DNA of 64,000 nt, taken from the NCBI GenBank assembly GCA_030390025.1, contig CM059431.1, forward strand, positions 156,180,001-156,244,000, in the 5' to 3' direction. A program made the position numbers and the translations under genes. Below, one piece after another: positions 54,311 to 64,000 of this stretch (the stretch's first letter is position 1; each line of letters starts with the position of its first letter). Under the pieces are notes generated by a model, which saw nothing but the letters and a program-made list of their open reading frames with translations, was not told where the DNA came from and ran no database searches. This stretch comes from Squalus acanthias (lineage: Eukaryota).

Positions 54311-56085
54311 AATAGCTCCAATTTGCCACAATATTACCGAACAGAACTGATCTCTAAGTCATGCATACTATCGAACTCACAATCGTGCCAACATCAGTTT
54401 CTTTACACTTTTCATTTGTGCTGGGCTGTCCAGCACTCAGTCATGAGTGAGAATATTCTGAACAGTATGATACAGAATACCTCTCTTGAGTAATTAAATC
54501 AGCATCCATTGAAAACGTCGTTCATTTTCATATTACTTTGCATGATTCTTGAATTAGATGATTTTGTCATATATTAAAATCTTTTGTCTCTACGTACCTA
54601 CATTATACATTCAGATGTCCACATTCTAATTGATATTGCGGATCTAGTTCTTACGCGTTAATTACAACATCCGAACAGTGGCGGCGCTGCAGCGCGTACA
54701 CATATCATTGTCCAGCTCCTTGCCACGAAATCGCATGGCCTTAAGTGAACTCCACTGATCTGCAAGCTAAATTGTAAATTGCTTTATTCATATGAATCAC
54801 AAGTAATAGAGACACAACAGATTATTATAAAATATAGGACGGATTGCATGCCTTTAAAACTGGATTGGAATAAGATCTGCCGACCCCTGGTAATAATTCC
54901 TCTTCAATTCTGGACTTCGATTTCATGGAACCATTCTTGCATGAATTACTAATTATAGGTTTCCAACATCGATCGCAGCGAGCTGAAACCTGGGCTGCGG
55001 CACTGTATTCTGTGATAACAAACAGCGGCATATTCACCTCTAGTGGGTGTAGATTGCACACTCCTCCTGAGCGTATCGGTCACAGCAGCCCTTAAAACTT
55101 ACCAGACCTCTAGTACCTTATCACTCTATTCGGAGGTATCAAGATGGTTATGGACATTGTAAGGGTATTGCATCGAATCCTGTCAGACTGTAACTTATCC
55201 TCCGAATCCTTTCACAACTTCACCCAAAACCTCAAGACATCACCTGATTTCCACTTGAAAAATCTTCTCTATGATTCCTATCTCATTTTGCACCAACTTT
55301 TTCAGTTATAATTTCCTGCGCAGTCATGTGTAGTATAAACATTCCCTGTAATTTGTCACGCTGTAATATTGGCCTGCATCCAGTGCTGATGCCAGAGCAA
55401 CTCGATTTTGCATCGCCCGGATATTAAGCCTGACCAGCAGAGAAACTGGTTGTTCTACCAACTATCTTTCGCTAATCACAATATTGCTGTGTGAGTAGAT
55501 ATTCAGCCATCAGTAAATTCAAGGTGTTTTTAAGCTATTTTCAATAAAACGTGGATATAGGATTTTATAACCACAAATAAATTGATACGTAAATGAGAGA
55601 TAATCATGACGACTCATTATATGTTTCTGTTAGCAGGATATGTGCAAAGGGGTAAGAATTTTAATATATTATTATGCATATACCGATGAGGGTAGCATAG
55701 CACAAATCAGATGAAGTGGTTGGGAATATTTGAGGTGATTCTGCTTCGGAAATTACTTGTGCTTCCTGTTTTATTAATATTAAAAGTCAATTAAATACCT
55801 GTCTTATTTCGCAGGTTCTTTTTGACAACAATTTGGAAAATACTTTCCGAAAACTAAGGACATATTGGATGATTGTTACGATGAGACGAAGTAAATTTGA
55901 AATCGCACCCTTATCTTGGTTGGAGTTACATTATTAGGGGACACTTCATCATTTGTAGGTATAAGTAAGAATCATATGTTTTCGATTTTAAGATAAGTTT
56001 ATTTATTGCTTTTTTCATTGAAATGTATTTCATCAAAGTTGTATACATATTTGGGACAGTATGTGAAACAATATCTTAGAAAATT

Positions 56086-58038
56086 CATAGAATCATAGAA
56101 TCTTACAGCACGGAAGGGAAACTATCAGACGGTCGTGCCTGTGCCGGGTCTTTGAAAGACCTGCCAATTTAGTTCCACACCCCAGATTTTTCCCCATAAT
56201 CCTGCAAATTAGTCCTCTTCAAATACAAGTCCAATTGGCTTTTCAAAGTACCTATGTCATCTGATTCCACCAGCCTTTCAGGTAGTGCATTCTGGATCAT
56301 AAAAACCCACAGTGAAATAACCTCTCCTCATTTCCTATATTGTTCGTTTGCCAATTATTTTAAAAAGATGACGCTGCTTAACAAACCACTTACCAAAGGA
56401 AATAGTTTCTCCCTACTTGCTCTACCAAAACCCGTCATAATTTTGAAAACTTCTATTGGTTTCCACTTAAACTTCTCTGCTCTAAGGAGTGCAATCATAG
56501 ATTCACAAATCTTCCCACCTAACTGAAGTCCCTCATCCCTGGTATCCTTCTGATAAACCTCCTCTGTAACCTCTCCAAGGCCTTAACATCCTGCCTAAAA
56601 TATTGTGCCCAGAATTGTGCACAGTGCTCATGCTGAGCCCTAACCAGTTATTTGCATGACTTCCTTGTTTTGTATTCAATGTCCCTCTTTACAAAGCGCA
56701 GTACCACATAGGCTTTCTTAACTGAACGTTCCCTGACTGCTTTAGAAATTGTGATTTTGCACCCCTTGTCCCTCTGCTCTTGCACTCCTTTAAAATAGTA
56801 CCGTTTATATTATACTGCCTCTCCATGTTGTTCGTCCCAATTGCATCACGTCACACTTATCCGCAGTAACTTGCATCGGCCGTGTGTCTGCTAATTACAC
56901 CAGTCTGTACATGTCCTTCTGACGTCTTCTATTATCCTGTTCAGTACTTAATACGTTGCCAAGTTTTGTATCATCTTCAGACTTCGCAACTGTATTCCTT
57001 ATAGACAAGTCCAGGTCATGTATGTGTAACAATAAAAGCAATGGTCCTAATAACAACCCGTGGGGACTCCACTGCATACTAAACTCCAGTCAGAAGAACA
57101 GCCGTCCATTAGTAATCTCTGCCTCCTATCTCTTAGTCAATTAGTTAGAAAGCTACCACCGGCCCTTTAATACCATGTGTTTCTATTTACCGAGTAAGTC
57201 TTTTTTTTCGTACTATATCACATGTCTTTTGATAGTCAATATACACATCTGCTGTTAGACTGATTCGCCTATAGTTACTAAGATTATCCCTCTCCTATTT
57301 TTTGAACAGGGATGTAACATTTACAAACCTCCAGTCCTCTGACACCACTCCCATTTCCAAGGAGGACTGACAGATTGAGGTCAAAGGTTCCCGTATCTCC
57401 ACCCAACCTTCCCTCACAACATAGGATGCGTCCCACGTGGTCCGGGTGACTTGTTAACTTTGAGTGATGCCAACCTATCGAGCACCTCCTTTCTATCTAT
57501 ATTTGTCCTTTACAGTATATCTACTCCTTTCCTCTGCTGCAACATTTATCAGCCCCACCATTCAATTAACTATCTATTTAATTTTTATCAGTTCATAAAA
57601 GATGTTTCTTGGTTCTATTTTAGGTTAACCGCTAATCTTTTCTCGTACAATCTCTTTGACCTGTTTACATCTGTTTCTTCAATTTCAACCTGCATTCTCT
57701 ATATTGTGTCTGATTTTATACAGTACTCTGTACCTGACATTTGTCATAAACTTCCACTTTCTGTTTTATTTTAATGTCTATTTCCTTTGTCATCCGGGAG
57801 CTTTAGCTTTCGAAGCGCAACCTTTCTTCCTTACATGAGTATCCTTCATTTGTACCCTTTACGGATATGTATACCTGCCACGAAGGCCTGCTATTGTTAA
57901 TTTACTTTTCTCCTGGCCAATCTTTGTTTACAGTCCTGCTAAGCTAGATCCCTTCTCAAATCACTGAACTTGGTTCTCTCCCAGGTGGGTATTTTCACCT
58001 TTGCGTTCCCTTTGATCCTTTCCATAACAACTTTAAAT
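56086..58038 (-). mobile_element. Old, internally deleted CR1-type LINE
   Basis: (CATAGAAT)n tail at 56086. RT remnant PHGLLLGPLLLLLHIHDLD...KSEDDTKLG (56895-57077). The 5' remnant reads FKVVMERIK...WERTKFSDLR at ~57955-58038. Confidence 0.82.
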
Positions 58039-58659
58039 ATATGAAAATAAAATATAAAACGAGTAGAGATTGAAGAAGGTTCAATTCTCGCCAAGATGAA
58101 TTAATTAAGAAAGGGAATAATATGTTCTAATAAATCTTGTTACCCAATACAATTAAAAAACAATGGCAAATGAATCGGTAATATTGTCACATCGATCTTA
58201 ACGACGACATTAAGGGAAGCAGTGGATAATCAGAATGCCTGAGCTCCCCTCTCCCTTGAATGTAAAGAGAACGCGTGCAGGGCGATTAATGCGGGTTAAA
58301 CCCGACACACTTGTGGCATTGATAGTAATCAGTGCGAGGTTTTGTTTTAATAGAATCCTTTCATTATTTGGCTCACGGTTCACGTTCCCAGTAACTCTAT
58401 GTTGAATGTTGACACGGCGCCCCTGCCCCCACCAGTCGGTAGCCGTGAGTTTAAATACCCGCCTCCCACCCCCCGACATTACACAGTTCCTACTGTGTGT
58501 GGTTTTTTTCATCTGAGCACTTCCCGACAACTTGAAAAAAATTGGCCTGATTCTAAAGAGTATAACCGGGAAAAATACTTAAAATATTGACATAAAACAG
58601 TCTTCATGGTAAACAATTCTTAATTTTTTAAGTACAGTGAAATTATCCTATATATTGGT

Positions 58660-58708
58660 TTACGTCAGAATTTGCTTATCTTCTGCAATGTGCTGATTGT
58701 GTATCAAC
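58660..58708 (-). pseudogene. Probable next/last NLR exon (LIHNQHIAEDKQILT*)
   Basis: TTTTTTCAG acceptor in the right phase; LxxN start typical of a final LRR; TAA at 58660-2 may be premature. Confidence 0.55.
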
Positions 58709-58950
58709 CTGAAAAAATATTAAGATAACGAAAATATATTATCAATAGTGAGTATTCTGTTGCCTGTGAATAGCGACATCGTTAGATTCATTCAAAACAA
58801 ACGTTTTTACTCAAATGATGGAAACAAATTCTCAAGAAAAATTGTGTTTATTCATTTTCCATTAAAAGTTCAGTTATTAAGTAAATTATGAAAATATATT
58901 TTAACAGTGAAAAAACATAAACATAATAAATAGTTAACACGGAAACTCAC

Positions 58951-59142
58951 CTGATTTCCTTTAGATTAGCTCTATTCTGGATGAGAATGCGCAATGCCGG
59001 AACATGCTTTTCTGTCAATCTGTTGGCCTGCTCGCCATCCTGATTATCGTTACTGAGATCCAGCTCCATCAGTGAACGGTGTAAACGGAGAGCAGAGACA
59101 AGACTTTCAACACAATCATCAGTGAGACCATTAGATTTTAAC
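58951..59142 (-). pseudogene. NLR LRR exon, 192 bp (LKSNGLTDDCVESLVSALRLHRSLMELDLSN...NLKEIR)
   Basis: CTGCAG acceptor, GTGAGT donor, phase 2/2, two RI-type LRRs, open frame. Confidence 0.88.
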
Positions 59143-59412
59143 CTGCAGTGATCTAAAAATAAACAGAGGTTACATAAGAAACACAAAGTCACGTTAAATT
59201 TTCGCCACTTGCAAATGATTACTGTGGAATTCCAAAATCACGGGCAGAATCCTGTTCCTGATGTTTGCATGACTTCCCGCTTTCTAAATGACTTCTGCCT
59301 TAAGGTAAATTGAATAGTGAAATTGACTGATCATCATTAACACAGTAATTATTAATATTATACATAGATAACTCTCTCGTGGTGCTGTTCGATATTTTGC
59401 AAAATTACTCAC

Positions 59413-59499
59413 TCCAGTATCATCATTTTACAATCATTTTTCTTCAGAACTCCAGAGAGCCGTTTTACTCCCGAATTTCCCAGTGTATTCTCATTGAGT
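59413..59499 (-). pseudogene. NLR LRR exon, 87 bp (LNENTLGNSGVKRLSGVLKKNDCKMMILE)
   Basis: TTTTTAG acceptor, GTGAGT donor, phase 2/2, one ribonuclease-inhibitor-type LRR, open frame. Confidence 0.88.
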
Positions 59500-60329
59500 C
59501 TAAAAACAAATAAATAAAATCATTAATGGATATTGAATAAAGTAACACACAGCAAATATTGTCAATTAATAATATATTTAACGTGGGAAACTTTGGACAT
59601 CCAAGAATATAATACACATCATTCCAATTCAAATCTATGATGTGAATTAAGTTAATTGCATGGAGCACATGTGGTAAAATGAATGGCTATCAGAGAGTGT
59701 GGTTGTTTAACTGGAAGTTACTCGAATGCCCGTGAGCAAGTTTTAACCAAACATTATGAAACGGTTACATGTAAAGAAGGCACTGAGTAGTTGGCAGTTT
59801 ACATGCTGTAAACTGGTGGTCTGTAACGAGCAGGAATCCCCAACAAAATGTCTCTCACAAGACAATTCCCTTCATCAAAAGGAGAATTTAGGGTAAAGTT
59901 AGGGACCGTCCCACCGACCTTGTCTCTATTTGAGGAAAGTTATCTATTTGACGCACTGAGTTTCAAAATGCACTTAAATCATTCTCAATTATATTGGAGA
60001 ATCCACTGATGTGGATTGTAACAGATCGCTCGAATGTGCATAAGAACAGGTGGAGAGACATTCCCTCTCAGTTTTCATCTCTACCGACCTCTGATGATGC
60101 CTTGGAACAGCAGTGCCGCTAGAAAGAGCACTCAGAAGTTGAGGAGTGGCAGACATGAACCCACATGGAACTATCTCAGCTGATATCATTGTGCTCAACA
60201 ACAACGTTATTAGTTCCCCAAATTCGATCGTATCGAAGAATTGGGAACATTCTAACGGTAGATCTATAACTTGCTTGTAAATTAATCAAACTTTGTTTAC
60301 AGTTTAGAAAAAAAGAGAAACATTTTCTT

Positions 60330-60657
60330 ACTGATCATGTTCCAGTTGAAAAAGTGTCGCTAACCAGAGGACGCAGATTGAAGGTAATTGCGATGAAAAG
60401 CCATATGGGAGAAAAGGGAAAAACATTCGCCAACGGGTTATGATGATTCGAAATGCACTGCCTGAAATGCTGGTGGAAGCAGATTCAATAGTATTTCTCA
60501 AAAGGGAATTGGATAAATACTTGAAGTAGATAAAATTGCAGCGCAATGGAGAAAGATCGGGCAGTGGAACTGATTGGATAGCTCTTTCGAAAAACCAGCA
60601 CAGGCAAGATGGGCTGAACAAGTTCCTTCTGTGCTGTAAGATTCTGTGATTCTGTGA
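60330..60657 (+). mobile_element. CR1 LINE 3' fragment in an NLR intron
   Basis: GAAATGCACTGCCTGAA...GTGGAAGCAGATTCAATA...GATGGGCTGAA and an (ATTCTGTG)2 tail. Confidence 0.85.
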
Positions 60658-61007
60658 AATGGTGTTATATCCCAATACAAATCTAATATATGGTGATTAA
60701 GAGGATATCTTACTGATTAATCCAGAATGCCCCGTGTTGCAAAAAGTGCGCAAGTTTCGGATATGATGTTGCCAACACCCAATCTGATTTAATTAAATGA
60801 GCACCAAAGCTTTTACAAGTATTACCCGAACAGACACTCCGGTGCCGTCTCTTACCGTTCCATTTAGCACAGCAGATAATGGAATGAGAGAATGTGCCCA
60901 TTAATTGTTCGAATTCAGTAGATTTTTTTGCTTTTAAGTAATATTATGCCACATGCCAGTAAAACAGTTATTGTTTATAACGTTATTTATCGATTTTGAT
61001 GAATTAC

Positions 61008-62786
61008 CTGAGTATTTTATATTTGTGTAGCACCGGCTCCAGCTGATGGATGCCTTCATCTTGTACACCACAACTACCGAGATTCAGCTCCTCCAAGACT
61101 TCAACCGCAATTATTGCGCTTGAAAGAACTGCACAGTCAGAAGGTTTAAGAGGACACTGTGTGAATGTCATTGTCTTCATCGGTGTTAATGCGGCCTTCA
61201 TCAGTTTTGAATCGCCAAATTCAAGAAAATGATGTAATATCTTAAAGAATGTCCTTTGGCTTTGCCCATCTTCCAAGTCCTGTACACATCTTCTGACATT
61301 TTCTGTGAGCCAATCCGACACAGACGGGAATGCTTCAGAAGGAAATTTTCCCAATTTTCTTTTAAGCTGATAAGTTGAATTCCTCGAGGAAAGACCAACA
61401 AGAAACCGTGAACATTTTTTTTAAGCTGTCGTCAGTGCACACGTGCCATTCATTGAGCAATCGTGTCAGTCCATTTCCTGGTGTGCTTGGACATTTCATA
61501 ATTGCAGCGACAAAGTCCTGCATACCGGAGTGAGTGAATGTGTAGACGACACTGCCCAGGCCTTCGTCTCGAATCTCCATCATAAAGGCAGAGCTAACAT
61601 TGGAAAGTTCGAGTCTGTGGTGACTAATTTGTTCTTTCTTGAACACAACGATTTTGCTGCAAATTCCCTTGTACGCTAACTCGCCCAGTTTCAGCACCGT
61701 GTCGCGAGAGGTTTCCGCGTCACAGCCGCATCTCTCCAAAAGGCTTGTGAAGTACCGGAGAACACCCGGGTGCTGGTTATGACGAAAAATTGTCTCTCCC
61801 GCGCTCCTTGTGCCCGGTGTGACTCGAATAATGAAGCGAGGACCGAGCAGTACAGAGGATTATTGCACATGCTGTACAAAGTCTCATTCTGCTCAATGTA
61901 CTCGATTACATCTGTCGCAAACTGCTCATCTCCAAAATAACGGCGAAAATATTGTTTTATTTGCTCAGAGGTGAAACCCAGGATTTCGACCGTTGGAATT
62001 ATGTTTGTCTTTTCCAGAGACTCCAGCTGCCACGGCCGGCTTGTGATCAGTACTGAGCAGCCCTTGAGCAACTCTCCCTGTATGAGACAGCGCACGATGT
62101 CTGACACATCAGAGCAGCACTCGGGATCGAAACTCTGATATTGGGGGTCGTTGAAGATCTGTGAATTCGATGGGTTGCCGAAATTCATCTAAATCATCAA
62201 AGATAAACAATATACCTCCGGGTTCTTTCCACAAAAGTTCAAACGCAGTTTCGAAATCGGGGTAGGAATCCAGGATCAGGATATTTAGACTTGTTTTTCC
62301 TTTTATCAAATTCAATTGTTGAACGCTAAAAGGAAAGACAACTTTAAACTGTTGGTATATATTCCCTCCGGTGCAGTCACTGATTATCTTCTGTATCAAG
62401 GTGCTTTTTAAATCCCTGCGGCCCCAATTATCGCAGTTGTCCCAGAGCTTCCTGTTTTAGCGAAACTCAACAATTGGTCCAGCTGAATCTCTTCCAGTTC
62501 ATCCTCGATGTTTTTCCTCTGTTATTCTTCACGCTCTCTACCTCGGGCCTTCAGTTCATTTTCTACCAGTCTCCGCTCACGCACGGAAGCAACAATCGTT
62601 GCTTTAGTATATTTTTCATCCAGAAAAAATCTTCGAAATCTTTATTTTCCTCCAGTGGTTTTGACTGTTATTTTTTCGTCATGTTTGCGGAGAGTGTCTT
62701 TGTGCTGTCGTTCTATCTCTTGAATATGAACAACGTCATTGGTGTATTCATTGTAATTCAGGAGACACATATTTATCAGATCAGTG
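61008..62786 (-). pseudogene. NLR large exon: pre-NACHT region, NACHT NTPase, HD1/WHD/HD2, first LRR (disrupted)
   Basis: Broken Walker A GAAGI*K/STLIQK (~62395-62425), Walker B ILFIFDDLDEF, LLKGCSVLITSRP, VEILGF, MCNNPLYC, YTFTHSGMQDFVAA, LEELNLGSCGVQDEG. Acceptor TTTCTCCTTCATAG, donor AG|GTAATT. TAA at 62642-4, 62522-4 and 62408-10. Confidence 0.9.
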
Positions 62787-63665
62787 CTATGAAGGAGAAA
62801 CTAATCGTTAAGAAATATAAAATATATATAAAATATCTCAGCAATGAGTGATCCCTTAATTATTTTACACATTATTGCCCAGACACACATAGAATAAAAA
62901 AAATAGAATTTCTGAAGTACCACGAAAATTTAGCATGAAGCAAGATTGAGGATTGTGGGCCGTTTGCTTTTGGATTTTGAGCTTCTGGGAATGAACATTT
63001 CTAAACTTCCATATAAATTGCAAAAAAAGTAAATCTGATTAAATTGCTGGAATTTTATATTCACAGATCAACATGGGTTATGAACGACTCCTTGGTTCGT
63101 GGTGTAACAAACGATGTTGGCGAACGCGGGTCCGGGCAGAAAAGGAGTTCCTTCATTATAATCTAACCTCGGGGATTCTATTTTTTCTGATTCTGCTGCT
63201 CAATGCTTTAACCGTTTGACACATTTTAGTGGCCAGCGGAGCCCGCAGGAGACTCCGGCGTCAGAGCAGTGGGGAGAATCGCAGAGACCCAGAGAAGGAG
63301 AACCGAAGAAAATCCATCATTTTACTGTTTGTTATGTCGAGAAATTTCATATTGTTATGGCTTTTATGGTGTATTATATTTGGTGGCGACCGCGGCTTAT
63401 TCAGTATCAGTCTATATTATGACCTAGTTTTTTTTTAACAAGAAGTTTGCTATTCTCTTCTATCTATATCTGAACACACACACAACAATTTACATGTTTA
63501 TATACCTAAAATACAGATGTAACCATACATTAGTATCAAAATATGAATTTAACATATTTTAAAGTGCAGTGGAGATTTATTACAACCACAAATACTAGTA
63601 AAGTCCATGTGGAAACCTCCGCTCCCAATAGATAAAAGCATTATGAGAACACAGCAGGACAGAAA

Positions 63666-64000
63666 CGGTGCGCCGTGGCTTCAGTGTATACTATCTACAA
63701 GATGCACTGCGGCAACTCGTTAAGGTTTCATCGTCATCACCTCCTAAAAACGCGATCTCTACCACCTAGAAGGGCAAGGGCAGCAGGCGCATGGGAACAC
63801 CATCACTTCCAAGTTCTCCTCCAAGTCACACACCTTCCTGATTTAGAAGTATATGGCCGATCATTTATCGTCGCTGGGTCAAACTCCCGGTACTCCCTAC
63901 CTAACAGCATTGTGGGAGCACCTTCATCACACGGACTGCAGCGGTTCAAGAAAGCGGCTCACCACCACCTTCTCAAGGATAATTAGGGATGGGCATTAAA
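63666..64000 (+). mobile_element. 3' fragment of a non-LTR retrotransposon common in chondrichthyans (RTE-X-like; clade uncertain)
   Basis: ORF remnant SVYTIYKMHC...RSFIVAGSNSRYSLP...LQRFKKAAHHHLL* resembles a LINE ORF2 C-terminus (recalled). Confidence 0.65.

Larger units (their letters stand above)
58660..62786 (-). pseudogene. NACHT-LRR (NLR; chondrichthyan NLRC3/NLRP3-like family) pseudogene; 5' exons not identified
   Basis: The NACHT exon and three downstream exons are joined by GT-AG phase-2 introns. At least 3 stops and 4 frameshifts lie in the NACHT exon. Confidence 0.88.

Noticed and set aside
58210..58550. GC-richer patch ending AAAATTGGCCT, possibly another MITE (similar patch ~54955-55430)
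   Set aside because: No convincing partner TIR or TSD could be identified by eye.
63100..63440. CpG-enriched patch as NLR promoter or first exon
   Set aside because: No supportable start codon, splice donor or effector-domain homology found.

Overview
Vertebrate genomic DNA, most likely a cartilaginous fish (inferred from the repeat families and the NLR sub-family). Positions 1-~47,243 are one tandem array of a 27-bp monomer (consensus ACACAGAGTGTCAGAGTACCCTGGACT, about 1,750 copies), organised into nested higher-order repeats and two variant-defined domains. Essentially all ORFs listed there are by-products of the 27-bp period. The array has one foreign interruption: a ~135-bp insert at 31,554-31,688 carrying a complete minimal type-I hammerhead ribozyme motif (minus strand) followed by a possible pseudoknot. 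From ~47.2 to 51.8 kb the satellite continues as a degenerate fringe of mixed 27- and 34-bp units. This fringe is invaded by a CR1 LINE (itself interrupted by a hairpin-rich MITE-like element) and a SINE. Next come a decayed Penelope-like retroelement (RT + GIY-YIG, with its own 3' hammerhead), DeuSINE-like fragments, more CR1 pieces, and a minus-strand NACHT-LRR (NLR) gene. Its NACHT exon is broken by stops and frameshifts, while its small LRR exons remain open. No intact protein-coding gene is supported. Repeat-family names come from recalled consensus sequences and were not verified by search.
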